Source of the DNA: Octopus sinensis
Lineage: Eukaryota
Reading direction: 5' to 3'
Assembly: GCF_006345805.1 (NCBI RefSeq)
Contig: NC_043001.1
Location: 125,612,001-125,676,000, forward strand
DNA: 64,000 nucleotides
Shown: piece by piece, positions 1 through 12,311 of the stretch
Position numbering within the stretch: position 1 is the stretch's first letter
How the letters are laid out: each line of letters starts with the position of its first letter
Made by a program: the position numbers and the translations under genes
Notes under the pieces: model-generated
Database searches by the model: none
What the model was told of the DNA's origin: nothing
The model's input: the letters and a program-made list of their open reading frames with translations, nothing else

Positions 1-458
1 ACAAAACCTCTCGAAAGGATGGATGAACTTAGCATAGGTTCAACAACTATCTAGCAATAACACAAGTCCTTGGAAATTCTGGATAAGTGCCTGGCATGCT
101 GGGGTGAGGCACCCCTCAGCTTTTGTTAAAGTATGTCTCCACAACCTGATTCAAAATCAGGCTATATCTGCTCTAATAATCCGTTGTGATTTGGTCAGAA
201 AATCCTCTGCAATGGTCAGTAATCAACAGCAAAATGAGTTGCTATGGATCATACTATCTCAATATGTGTATGCATATGACCAGGGACCACATGTGAGCTT
301 GTATTCCCACTGAAATTCCAAACATGAACTCTATGTCTCATGAGAGACATGGTGAACTTGTTGGTCAGAACTCACTCAACCTACCCTTGGTGAATGCCAC
401 CACCAGTACAAGTAGTAAGTAATTTTACAGTGAGACTAAACACTTATGGTTTAGAGTA

Positions 459-675
459 CAAGGGGTCACTGAAAACTTCCTGGATTTAAGGGTATCGCAA
501 AAGGCCTGGTTGGAAGCCCAACTTTCTGAGTTCTTTTACAAGGCTTACAAAGCCTGAAGGGCCACTGCAATAAGTGTATGAACCTGAGAGGGGAATATAT
601 TGAATAAAATCATAATTAACTGATCCTCCTGTATTTTCTTCTACCCAAAGCCAGGAACTTTTCATCACCTCCTTG
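459..675 (+). mobile_element. Mariner-type non-autonomous element (MITE) with transposase C-terminal relic
   Basis: TA at 457-458 and 676-677; TIRs CAAGGGGTCACTGAAAACTTCCTGG vs CAAGGAGGTGATGAAAAGTTCCTGG (reverse complement of right end); 554-607 translates LKGHCNKCMNLRGEYIE*, like the mariner C-terminal RWxKCxxxxGxYVE motif. Confidence 0.8.
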
Positions 676-857
676 TATATTTAGAGCACACAGTTCAATA
701 ACCAATCTCATTATTGTAACTATGTTTTTGAGATTTATACTATGTTGCAGTTTAACCCCAAGTCAGCTATGGCTTAGTTGATCTATCATCAGAAATATTC
801 CAGTTGTGACTATCCTGCCTTTTATTGACACATTATATAAATGTATCTAGATTGACA

Positions 858-1230
858 GTGGAGGCGCAATGGCCCAGTGGTTAGGGCAGCGGACTCGCGG
901 TCGTAGGATCACGGTTTCAATTCCCAGACCGGGCATTGTGAGTGTTTATTGAGCGAAAACACCTAAAGCTTCACAAGGCTCCTGCAGGGGGTGGTGGTGA
1001 ACCCTGCTGTACTCTTTCACCACAACTTTCTCTCACTCTTTCTTCCTGTTTCTGTTGTACCTGTATTTCAAAGGGCCAGTCTTGTCACGCTGAATCTCCT
1101 CGAGAACTACGTTAAGGGTACACGTGTCTGTGGAGTGCTCAGCCACTTGCACGTTAATTCCACGAGCACGCTGTTCCGTTGATCGTATCGGCTGGGACCC
1201 TCATTGTCGTAACCGACGGAGTGCTCCTAT
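858..1230 (+). mobile_element. tRNA-derived SINE, family B tail type 1, full length
   Basis: A-box TGGCCCAGTGG and B-box-like GGTTTCAATTCCC; 14-bp TSD TATCTAGATTGACA at 844-857 and 1231-1244; second copy at 41981-42365. Confidence 0.9.
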
Positions 1231-1706
1231 TATCTAGATTGACATCATCCTTTTAAGATAGTAATGTGTGATTTAAGTGAGATTTGGTTGCTATTTCTTG
1301 TGAGTTGATTGCTCGTGTATCATTAGCTCATCCATATGACTTTGTGCCAGCATCCGGTTTGCTATTGATCTGAGTGGATGTTGATGATAGTCAATAGACA
1401 CAAAGTGAACATAGTTAATTGGCTGATTAGTGTAATGTCACACTGTGTGTGATGTTAGCAAGGATAGAATAAAGAGAGATGGGGAGTGTGTTTTAAGGAG
1501 GAATTTATGGCTATACTGATGATCTTTTAAAATTTTGCATGTGTGCATGTGTGTGAAACAGAAATAGAGAGGGAGACAGACAGACAGACAAATAGAGGGT
1601 GTGTTTTATTTACATTTTGTTGTAAAGGTATACAAACACTTCAGTTGAGCTTAACATACCTATATAAACAAACATTTTAAACAGGGAAAATAGCTAAATA
1701 TAAATA

Positions 1707-1873
1707 GGAGTGGCTGTGTGGTAAGTAGCTTGCTAACCAACCACATGGTTCCGGGTTCAGTCCCACTGTGTGGCATCTTGGGCAAGTGTCTTCTGCTATA
1801 GCCCCGGGCCGACCAATGCCTTGTGAGTGGATTTGGTAGACGGAAACTGAAAGAAGCCTGTCGTATATATGTG

Positions 1874-1904
<31 letters not shown>

Positions 1905-2119
1905 GTGTGTTTGTGTGTCTGTGTTTGTCCCCCTAGCATTGCTTGACAACCGATGCTGGTGTGATTACGTCCCCGTCACTTAGCGGTTCGGCAAAAGAAA
2001 CTGATAGAATAAGTACTGGGCTTACAAAGAATAAGTCCCGGGGTCGATTTGATCGACTAAAGGCGGTGCTCCAGCATGGCCGCAGTCAAATGACTGAAAC
2101 AAGTAAAAGAGTAAAAGAG
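1707..2119 (+). mobile_element. tRNA-derived SINE, family A (internal TA/TG microsatellite)
   Basis: Head GGAGTGGCTGTGTGGTAAG..GGTTCAGTCCC, CORE-like CCTTGGGCAAGT motif, internal (TA)n(TG)n, tail GAAACAAGTAAAAGAG; more than 15 related copies in window. Confidence 0.9.
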
Positions 2120-2264
2120 ATATGTATTTGTTATGTATGTGGGTCCACCCTGTTCTTACACCAGCTAATATTCTCTCAGAACACCTGACTTCGATTACTA
2201 ATTAGGTCAGCTAGGTTATCAAAACTATCAACAGCTTTTAGAGAATCTTCTGGACATTTGAAGG

Positions 2265-2436
2265 CACTCTCGGAAAGGTTGGCATTAGGAAGGGCATCCA
2301 GCTGTAGAAACTTTACCTGATCAGATTGGAGCCTGGTGCAGCCTTCTGGCTCGCCATCCCTCAGTCAAACCATCCAACCCATCCCAGCATAGAAAGCAGA
2401 CGTTAAACAATGATGATGATGATGATGATGATGATG
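2265..2436 (+). mobile_element. Family D retroposon 3' part ending in (GAT)n
   Basis: GGTTGGCATTAGGAAGGGCATCCAGCTGTAGAAAC motif and tail GCAGACGTTAAAC(GAT)n shared with about 14 copies. Confidence 0.8.
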
Positions 2437-2535
<99 letters not shown>

Positions 2536-2538
2536 TTA

Positions 2539-2591
<53 letters not shown>

Positions 2592-2614
2592 ATACACACA
2601 CACACACACACACA

Positions 2615-2664
<50 letters not shown>

Positions 2665-3111
2665 CTTGTATGTTTACACATGTAGGTGAATAATATATGT
2701 ATTTTCGTGTGTGTGTGAATGTGTCCATGCTGCTTTAACTATTCATTATAACATGATAGGAAAATGTAAATAAAACACATTACACTGTCTGAGAGCATAT
2801 GTATGAAATATCTAAATGCTAGCCTGACTGCTGCTGGTGTCTAACTAAATTACACTAATTGCTTTGTTTTTGAGCGATTACAATGAGAACCAATGGGAAA
2901 TGTCTCTTAATGTGGAGAAAATGCCTGAGGAGAGACCCAGCAATCCAAATATGCAAACATCACTGTTTGGTTTCACTCTTGTACAGAGCCAAATGGATCT
3001 TTATAGATGTTGTTTGTATATGTTTATATGTGTATGTGTATGTAATGTGCCTGGTGTGTGTATATGAGAGAGAAGGAGAGAGAGAGAGCTTCTGTGTGTG
3101 TGTGTGTGGTG

Positions 3112-3331
3112 TGTGTGTGTGTTTGTGTGTCTGTGTTTGTCCCCCTAGCATTGCTTGACAACCGATGCTGGTGTGATTACGTCCCCGTCACTTAGCGGTT
3201 CGGCAAAAGAAACTGATAGAATAAGTACTGGGCTTACAAAGAATAAGTCCCGGGGTCGATTTGATCGACTAAAGGCGGTGCTCCAGCATGGCCACAGTCA
3301 AATGACTGAAACAAGTAAAAGAGTAAAAGAG
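3112..3331 (+). mobile_element. SINE family A, 3' half (created by the tandem duplication)
   Basis: Matches 1900-2119; lacks the tRNA head because the breakpoint is in the internal (TG)n. Confidence 0.9.
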
Positions 3332-3476
3332 ATATGTATTTGTTATGTATGTGGGTCCACCCTGTTCTTACTCCAGCTAATATTCTCTCAGAACACCTGA
3401 CTTCGATTACTAATTAGGTCAGCTAGGTTATCAAAACTATCAACAGCTTTTAGAGAATCTTCTGGACATTTGAAGG

Positions 3477-3648
3477 CACTCTCGGAGAGGTTGGCATTAG
3501 GAAGGGCATCCAGCTGTAGAAACTTTACCTGATCAGATTGGAGCCTGGTGCAGCCTTCTGGCTCGCCAGCCCTCAGTCAAACCGTCCAACCCATCCCAGC
3601 ATAGAAAGCAGACGTTAAACAATGATGATGATGATGATGATGATGATG
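3477..3648 (+). mobile_element. Family D retroposon 3' part (duplicate of 2265-2436)
   Basis: Same sequence as 2265-2436 with 3 substitutions. Confidence 0.8.
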
Positions 3649-3676
3649 GTGTGTGTGTATATATATATATATATAT

Positions 3677-3738
<62 letters not shown>

Positions 3739-3755
3739 CACATACACATTATATA

Positions 3756-3808
<53 letters not shown>

Positions 3809-3831
3809 ATACACACACACACACACACACA

Positions 3832-3879
<48 letters not shown>

Positions 3880-4488
3880 CTTGTATGTTTACACATGTAG
3901 GTGAATAATATATGTATTTTCGTGTGTGTGTGAATGTGTCCATGCTGCTTTAACTATTCATTATAACATGATAGGAAAATGTAAATAAAACACATTACAC
4001 TGTCTGAGAGCATATGTATGAAATATCTAAATGCTAGCCTGACTGCTGCTGGTGTCTAACTAAATTACACTAATTGCTTTGTTTTTGAGCGATTACAATG
4101 AGAACCAATGGGAAATGTCTCTTAATGTGGAGAAAATGCCTGAGGAGAGACCCAGCAATCCAAATATGCAAACATCACTGTTTGGTTTCACTCTTGTACA
4201 GAGCCAAATGGATCTTTATAGATGTTGTTTGTATATGTTTATATGTGTATGTGTATGTAATGTGCCTGGTGTGTGTATATGAGAGAGAAGGAGAGAGAGA
4301 GAGCTTCTGTGTGTGTGTGTGTGTGTGTTTTATGGAGGTGGAGGGAAGAATGTGTTTGGATTCAGCTATTAACAAAGTGATGTTCCTACAGCTACTTCTC
4401 TCCTTTAATTGCTTCTGTATTGAAGGGTAGCAACAGCCATGGTACCGATGCCATGGTGATGTTGATAATGATTATGATGATGATGATG

Positions 4489-4528
<40 letters not shown>

Positions 4529-4611
4529 ACACCAATACTGTTGTTGCTACTCACCCCACATTATCAATACTTACTGATTCTACTATTAGTGTTAGTATTA
4601 TCATTCTCATT

Positions 4612-5295
4612 AAGGCAATGAACTGGCAGAATTATTAGCAGGCATGGCTGTATGGTAATAAACTTGCTTCCCAACCACATGGTTCCAGGTTCAGTCCCAC
4701 TGTGTGGCACCTTGGGCAAGTGTCTTCTACTACAGCCTTGGGTCGACTAAAGCTTTGAGAGTGGATTTGGTAGACAGAAACTGAAAAATGCCTATCGTGT
4801 ATGTATGTATACGTACATATATATTTATATTTATATTTATATATTTGTGTGTTTGTGTTTGTCCACCCACCATTGCTTGATAACTGATGGTGGTGTGTTT
4901 ACATCCCCATAACTTAGCAGTTTGGCAAAAGAGACTGATAGAAGCATAAGTCCTAGGGTCAGTTTGTTCAACTAAAGGCAGTGCTCTAGCATGGCCACAG
5001 TCAAATGACTGAAACTAGTAAAAGAATAAAAGAATGCCTGACAAAATGCTTAGGGGCATTTTCTCTGCTTAAATCCTTAAATCCTTAAAAATGTTTTAGC
5101 CCGAAGGCCACAGCCATGCTGGGGCACCACCGTTTATGTTCTTGGTTTAAATGTCACTGGGGTTGACTTTGCCCTTCATCCTTTCAGGGTTGATTAAAAT
5201 AAGTGCCATTTCAACACTAGGGGCTGATCCAGTCGACTCTCCTCCCTCCCCATACTCATTAAAACTGCTGGTTGTGTGCCAAATTTTGAAATTAT
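4612..5295 (+). mobile_element. SINE family C interrupted by a family A SINE and a short fragment
   Basis: C head AAGGCAATGAACTGGCAGAATTATTAGCA stops at ~4640, resumes at ~5034 (ATGCCTGACAAAATGCTTAG) and again at ~5133. Confidence 0.7.
4639..5033 (+). mobile_element. SINE family A nested in a family C SINE
   Basis: Full family A head, body and tail. Confidence 0.85.
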
Positions 5296-5765
5296 TATTA
5301 TCATTCTCATAGTCATGCAATGAAGGATTCTTTACAAGGTCATGCAAACTCCTATAAATGCCCATCGAATCAAACTATTATCTTAAAAAAACTGAAAGAT
5401 ACATTAGATTATGAAGGGATGGTCACAGCTGAAATGTCTGATCATTTATCAACTTAATCAAGGTTAACATGGGCCTAGATAGACAATGACAACAAGCATT
5501 ACCATCTGCATCATTGTTGTTGTTGCTATTGTAAATGTCAGCATCATCATTGTTGCTGTTGTTATCTCTGTCATCATCGTCATCAGTGAGATTGTTTTCA
5601 TCTCCCCCCACTCACGCCAAACCATGAAAATAGAATATTAAAATCATTATCAATATCCTTATACAACCATCCATTCATCCATCTATCCATCCACCCATAC
5701 CCACCACCACTGATATCATCTAGGTTCTCAGTTTACTCTTTTACTCAGAATTACCAGTTCAGATA

Positions 5766-5994
5766 TTACCAACACCTTCTCTGTCATCATCACCATCATA
5801 ACCACCTTCACCATCTTACCACCTTCACCATGACCACTACGATCACCACCTCCATCAACACCACCACCATTATCATTACCAACACCTTCTCTGTCATCAT
5901 CACCATCATAACCACCTTCACCGTCTTACCACCTCACCGTGACCACTACAATCACCACCTCCATCAACACCACCACCATTATCATTACCAACAC
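5766..5994. repeat. ~110 bp CAC/CAT-rich tandem repeat, 2 copies
   Basis: TTACCAACAC recurs at 5766, 5876, 5985 with near-identical intervening units. Confidence 0.9.
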
Positions 5995-6370
5995 TACTAC
6001 TGTTAAAGCAAATATTGTTCAATTACCACCATTAGTATTACCACCATTTCCATTTCACCATGAGATGAAATGAGCACCAGTTGAGCACTGGGATTGATGT
6101 AATTGACTAGCACCCCCCCCCCTAACACACACACATACACATACACACACACTCCAAATTTCAGGCTTTGTGCCTATATTAGAAAGGATTATTATTGTTA
6201 TTCAAGACAGCAGACTCTTCATCATGATGGATAAAGTATGGGATTTGACTTAATCATCTAATTCATCCCACCAAATTTCTGGCCTTGTGTCTATGTAATA
6301 AATCCATGCTAGCATGGAAGGCAGACATTAAATGATGATGATGATAATAATAATAATTATTATTATTATT

Positions 6371-6580
6371 AAGGTGTCAAGCTGGCAGCACACAGGACGA
6401 AATACTTAGCGGTATTTCGTCTGTCCCTACATTCCGAGTTCAAATTTCACTGAAGTCGACTTTGCCTTTCATCCTTTTGGGGTCAATAAATTAAGGACCA
6501 GTGAAAGACTGGGGTCAATGTAATCAACTAGTCCCGTCCCCCAAAATTTCAGACCTTGTGCCTATAGGAGAAAGGATTAT
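6371..6580 (+). mobile_element. SINE family C, old (ATT)n-type tail
   Basis: B-box GAGTTCAAATT, GTCGACTTTGCCTTTCATCC body, tail AAATTTCAGACCTTGTGCCTATAG..GGATTATT. Confidence 0.85.
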
Positions 6581-6642
6581 TATTATTGTTGCTGCTGCTG
6601 TTGTTGTTGTTGTTGTTTTTGTTCTTCTTCTTCTTCTTGTGT

Positions 6643-6990
6643 TAGAAAGCAGCAGATGCCATCAAAGCATCATTGAGGTACAAATATACAAAGCCCAACA
6701 TACCCAACATGACTACCCATCTGAGTACACTAGGCACATGCATCACAACCATAATTGCATGACATAGTGATCTTATATCAAGATAAACAGGGCCTGACCT
6801 GTTAAAATTTTCTACAGGTTGAGCAAGCCACCCTGTTCAAAAGGTCCTTGAATAAGGAAGAATTGTTTAAGGATGTTGAACGAAATGACCATTTTTCCAG
6901 AGGTGAATTATTCAAACCTCAAAGAATTCCTCTTAATACATGGCTATGATGCTCCCCCATTACTCCTGCTCATGATTAGTGATGCACATA
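6643..6990 (-). mobile_element. Unassigned repeat family F, partial
   Basis: Reverse complement of 7500-7846; also matches 61990-62345. Confidence 0.8.
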
Positions 6991-7225
6991 CCTATTTCTT
7001 TACTATCCACAAGGGACCAAACACAGAGGGGACTAACAAGGACAGACAAAGGGATTAAGTCAATTACATTGACCCTAGGACGTAACTGGTACTTATTTAA
7101 TCAACCCCGAAAGGATAAAAGACAAAGTCAACCTTGGCGGAATTTAAACTCAGAAAACAAAGACAGATGAAATGCCATTAGGCATTTTGCTCGGTGTGCT
7201 AACGATTCTGTCAGCTCATTGCCGC
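6988..7225 (-). mobile_element. SINE family C, young tail type (GTAAAGAAATAGGTAT)
   Basis: Reverse complement matches 14723-14943 and 22196-22418. Confidence 0.9.
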
Positions 7226-7265
7226 CGCCGCCGCCGCCGCCTTATTATTATTATTATTATTATTA

Positions 7266-7303
<38 letters not shown>

Positions 7304-7306
7304 TAT

Positions 7307-7846
7307 ATGCCCTGATGCAGTACCAGGCAGTGGCTCTCATGGCTTCTGATCTTAACTGACTGGAAGTGTTATCATGTACATTGTTTTGTCTTGGTATAAA
7401 AGATGGGCTACAGCAAATATTCTGCTCAATACCACAGGTTTGCTTGTCAGTTGTTTGACCTTAACCAGTTGAGCATGTCCCTTAGTGGCTGACGATATGT
7501 GCATCTCTGATCACGAGCAGAAGTAGTGGGGGAGCATCATGGCCATGTGTTGAGAGGGATTCTTTGGAGTTTGAATGGTTCACCTCTGGAAACATAGGTG
7601 TTTCGTTCAACATCCTAAAGCAACCCTTATTCAGGGACTGTTTGAGCAGGATGGGCTACTCAACCTGAAGAAAATTCTAACTGGGCCCCACCTGCAAGGT
7701 CATGTGTTGTTTATCTTGATATGAGATCACCATGTCGCGCACATATGGTTGTGATGCATGTGCCTGGTGTACCTTTATCAGACGGGTAGTCATGATGGGT
7801 ATATTGGGCTTCGTATATTTTACCCCAGTGTCACTTTGATGGCATG
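7307..7846 (+). mobile_element. Unassigned repeat family F, longest copy (~540 bp), inside (TTA)n
   Basis: Four copies in window; flanked by (TTA)n on both sides; no TIR and no convincing ORF; strand assignment tentative. Confidence 0.75.
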
Positions 7847-7892
<46 letters not shown>

Positions 7893-7917
7893 TATTATTA
7901 TTATTATTATTATTATT

Positions 7918-8136
7918 AAGGCAGCAAGCTGGCAGAATCATTAACACACTAGACAAAATGCTTTGTAGCATTTCGTCTGTCTTTACATTCCAAGTTCAAA
8001 TTCCACTGGACTTCATCTTTCATTCTTTCAGGATTCATGAAATAATTACCAGTTGAACACTGACGTTGATGTAATCAACTTATACCCTTCTCCGGAAATT
8101 ACTGGTGTTGTGCCAAAATTTGAAACTGTCATTATT
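7918..8136 (+). mobile_element. SINE family C, old tail
   Basis: Head AAGGCAGCAAGCTGGCAGAATCATTAAC, body and tail as at 6371-6580. Confidence 0.85.
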
Positions 8137-9599
8137 GTTGTTGTTGTTTCTTGTTCTTTTTATTCTTGTTTCAGTTATTCTCTTTTTTACTTTACTAGGT
8201 TGTTCACAAGTAACAAGTCATGGACTCTGCGGACTGGTGAATCTTCGTAACCTCGAAGAATTGGAGCTGACAAACTGTAACAGTGCCACGGCAGACCTCT
8301 GTCAATATCTCCGTGACAATATTTCTGGCTGTTTAGTCTTAGAATAACCAACTTTGTTTTTGTTTTTTTTTTTTGTTCTTTTTTTTTTCTATGTGACTTT
8401 CTTCATTATATTCCGCCTTGCCCTGTCTCCCTTTCTTCTGAAAAAAAAAAACACGAAAAATAATAAAACATGCCATCTCTCTCCATTCCACAACATATCC
8501 TCAATTATTATTATTATTACTATTATTATTATTATTATTATTTTTATTTTTATTATTATTTTTATTTTTTATTTTTATTGTCATTACCATTATTATTATT
8601 ATTGTTGTTGTTGTTGTTATTGTTGCGGCACAGTCCACAGAGCATGAAGTAAGCTTCCGGCAAGCCGAGTCCACCAGCTGGGTTTTGATTTCTGGCTGAG
8701 CACTACACATCCTCATTCCCAAGTCTTCTAAATTTATGGTCCTGGGCCTGAATTATGAAGTTAATCATTATCATTATTATTGTTCTTGTTATCATCATCA
8801 CCATCATTGTTAATTTTATTATTATTATTATCATTATTGTAATTATTATTATTATTATTATTATTTTATTTTGATTATACTATTTCTATATTCTTCATTC
8901 TATCTCTTTCTCCTTTATTTAATAATATCTGAAATACAAAAAAAAGACAAAAACATTTAGTAAAAACAACACAAATAATATGAAAGAAAAAAAAGTGTAT
9001 GATTATTTTTGTTTTTTAACAGAAAAAAATTTACACAGAACAGAAAGTTTGGATAAACTTTATAAATTTCTTCAAAATAGTTCAAATACCACTCTAGACT
9101 GTTACTTGTATTATGTCCTAGCTGTTTGTTTGGTTTATTTTCTGGGGAAAAAAATCATAAAAGAAAAAAAAAACAAAAGTAAAAGAAAATGTCTTTCAAA
9201 TCAGAATTCATCAATATTTTTTTTTTACATCATTCAGTAAAAGAAGTCAATTTTTTTTTTGTTATTCTACTCCCCAACCCCTACCCTTTCTTTCTATTAT
9301 TTTCCACCACTGGTTTTGTTTGTTTTTGTTTTTTGTTTTTTTTTATATATATATCTTTTGTTTAGAAATGAAAGCAATGTGAATATTGATTTTATTTTGA
9401 ATAAAGCAGCACCATAAGGCCAGTTTTTGTTGGAGAAGTGTTGGACAGTCCAGTAATTAAAATCCAGCTTTGTAAAATTACTGGTACTTACTTAATCAAG
9501 ATTGGATTGCAAAATCAAAGAACAAAGATAATAGCATAGTTGGAGAGAAAACTGATTGATGCCAATTATTTAGTGGAATAATTTAACTGTTTCTGTCAA

Positions 9600-9870
9600 T
9601 TCAAAGATTTCAGCTGGACATAGCAATTCTAAAGTACCTCTATGGCAACCTCCTCCAAGCTGATCTATAAGATAGCAGGAAGATGGATACAACTTGCTGG
9701 ACACTGTCTGCAACACTCAGATTTGCCCACTAGCCATATAATTCGAGAACTGACCCAAACTTGAGGTCGAGATCCTGATGGAGAACAATATGCTACAACT
9801 GCTGACAAACTCAGAATGCTGACAATGAAACAGGATACATGGCCCTTCTGGCATTGTGCTGGAGGTAAAT
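9600..9870 (+). mobile_element. Degenerate RTE-clade LINE fragment
   Basis: Frameshifted translation LYGNL / KIAGRWIQLAGHCLQHSDLPTSHII parallels IYGKL..RRVQFAGHC of the copy at 13081-13562. Confidence 0.65.
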
Positions 9871-10059
9871 GCAAGTTGTAGCCAATAAAAAAAACATCTG
9901 ATCAACTTGCTAATTAAATACTTTTGTCTAGACTAAAGGCCAATACTTAGAGTAAAATTTAAAAAAGAAGTCTAGTTGACTATGTCAACTCTAGTTTTTA
10001 TAGGCAAGAGTGGAGAGTATGGTTGATATCAACTCCAGTATATGGTGAATTCTCAGAAT

Positions 10060-10440
10060 TGTGAGAGCGTAGGGCTTTTCACATTCTGAATTCTAAGTAT
10101 GCCAAGGTCAGCTTTGCCTTTCATCTCCCCAGGTCAATAAAGTACCAATACAGTATTAGGGTCAGTATAACTGAGTAAACCCTCCCCTCAGAATTGCAGG
10201 CCTTGTGCCTAAATTAGAAATCTTTATTTTGTGTGGTGATGGATTGGCTGAATCATTAGAGCATGTTTTGCAGTATTTATTTCAGCTATTTACATTCTGA
10301 GTTCAAGTCCTGCCTAGGTTAAATATGCCTTTCATCCTTATAGGGGCAATAAAATAAAGCACATGACAAGTACTGGGGTCAATAGTATTGAAGAACCCCA
10401 ACTTCCCAAAATTTCAGGCTTTGTCCTATGTTAAAATTAA
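10060..10440 (+). mobile_element. Two adjacent degenerate family C SINEs
   Basis: Two ACATTCTGA(A/G)TTC..CTTTCATC..AAGTACC..GCCTTGTG units at ~10060-10230 and ~10238-10440. Confidence 0.75.
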
Positions 10441-11070
10441 TATTATTATTTTACTGTTTTCAAACAGGAAATGCATTAATAACTTAATTACAATTTTTCA
10501 AACTATTAATCTTGTCTTTAGACATTTTCAAATATTTACATCTACACAACATTTCAGTCAGTATAATCCCTCATCCTCATCAGGGACCTAATTCCTAGAT
10601 GTTTTCATAGTATCCAACTAGATTTGAACAAGGATTTTTATCTCCAAAATAAAGGCAGTAACATTCTAATCTACTAGGCCATTGATGAAATATGGTGTTG
10701 ATGTAAAACATTAAAATATAAATGTGAACAGTCTTTAAATTAATAAACTTATGAATAATAATTCATTCCTGATGTTATACACTTAAAGAAATATATTAAT
10801 TTGTGGGTACAAGTCAAGTACTAGAGTTGGTAGTATCAGCTAATCCTTCCCACCAACCATATTTCAGGCCTTGGTGCCTATGCAAGAAATAATTAATTTA
10901 TGGATATATTATATAAATAAAAACATTATCACAGCTAAACACTCTACTAGTTCAAACAAAAAATTATTGTTTTCTACTTCATATGCCTTTGCTGTCATTT
11001 CATACTTTATATGATTCATTTTAATTGGGACATTAAGTTTTCTATGATGATATATCTAACCATCAGAATA

Positions 11071-11320
11071 GTGGAGGCATGTGACTTAGTGGTTAGGGTG
11101 TTGGATTCATGATCATAAGATTGTGGTTTCAATTCCTGGACCAGGCAGTGCATTGTATTCTTGAGCAAAACACTTCATTTTATGTTGCTCCAGTCCACTC
11201 AGCGGGCAAAAATTAGTAATTCTGTGACCAGCCCGTTGTCCTGTCAAGGTGGATATTTTACACACCAGGAAATCAGTCCTTATGGGTCAGCATGAATCAA
11301 GAAGGTCACTTTAACTATCA
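11071..11320 (+). mobile_element. tRNA-derived SINE family E
   Basis: Head GTGGAGGCATGTGACTTAGTGGTTAGGGTGTTGGA..GGTTTCAATTCC, then TTCTTGAGCAAAACAC; matches 38008-38260. Confidence 0.8.
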
Positions 11321-11566
11321 GAATATACCGTCAAATGAAATTTAAAGTCCCTGACAAAATGAATTTTATAATAGATTTGACATTTGACTCAACTTCCATT
11401 ATTGTGTCCTCCCCTGCCATCAGTAAGTGTTCTGTGATTATTCTTAAACTTGCTTTAAAATAATAACCATTAATATAACATTTACTTATAGACTTTCAAA
11501 TATGAAATACTGCAAAGGTAAATGAAAGTGGAAAACTGTGGATTATTATTATTATTATGATTGTTG

Positions 11567-11614
<48 letters not shown>

Positions 11615-11639
11615 TATTATTATTATTATTATTATTATT

Positions 11640-11819
11640 AAGATGGCAAGCTGGCTGAGTTTTATACCATTCTGGAAAAATGCTTAGCGACATTTCTTCC
11701 AACTTTATGTTCTGAGTTCAAATGCTGCCAGGTTCGACTTTGCTTTTCATCCTTTTGGGGTCAATAAAATAAGTACCCCCAAAATTTCCAGGCTTTGTGC
11801 CTATTGTAGAAAGCATTAC

Positions 11820-11820
<1 letters not shown>
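11640..11820 (+). mobile_element. SINE family C, old tail
   Basis: GAGTTCAAAT B-box, TTCGACTTTGCTTTTCATCC body, (ATT)n tail. Confidence 0.8.
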
Positions 11821-11864
<44 letters not shown>

Positions 11865-12311
11865 GAGAAATTATTTCTTCATTGTTGTTGTTTTTTTGCT
11901 TGTTTTTTTTGTTTTTTTTTTTACAAGTCACAGCAGGCACAATAAGGGTTTTATAGTAGACAACTGTACTGAATTACACCATTTTGGGACCATTACTATA
12001 GGACAAGAGGTAAGCCCCTACAAAGGTAGCATTATACAGCCTAGATGAGCTACAGTTATTACATGATTTCAGTCCACAGCCATTTTACCTTGCTCATGTT
12101 GTGAAATGCTATTGGGAAAAGCATGAACATTGTACCATGACCACCTCTACCAAATGTTATTTTTCTGGAATGTAGAGACTATGTACCTCTTTCAAGGAAA
12201 TCCAATACTTCACAGTCAATGACAGGCCTTTGTATATATATGTACATATATGTGTGTTTGTGTGTATATGTATGTTTGTATATGCATGTGTATGTATGTA
12301 TGTAACTTTAT

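Larger units (their letters stand above)
1899..4328. repeat. Tandem duplication, two copies of a ~1212 bp unit
   Basis: 1909.. and 3121.. are near identical (about 5 substitutions seen plus microsatellite length changes); both breakpoints lie in (TG)n tracts. Confidence 0.95.

Noticed and set aside
1-420. Possible degenerate transposase (DELSIGSTTI, KCLACWGEAPL faintly mariner-like)
   Set aside because: Many stops and no decisive motif by eye; needs a profile search.
858-940. SINE heads as functional tRNA genes
   Set aside because: No paired acceptor stem, and each runs directly into a repeated SINE body.
1943-2188. Recurring ORF MTTDAGV..RFDRLKAVLQHG (also 3155, 28477)
   Set aside because: Incidental frame in the SINE A tail; it recurs only because the SINE does.
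2321-3943. ORFs rich in YI, HT, CV, poly-M, poly-I, poly-N (here and throughout the window)
   Set aside because: These are translations of (TA)n, (CA)n, (GAT)n and (ATT)n microsatellites.
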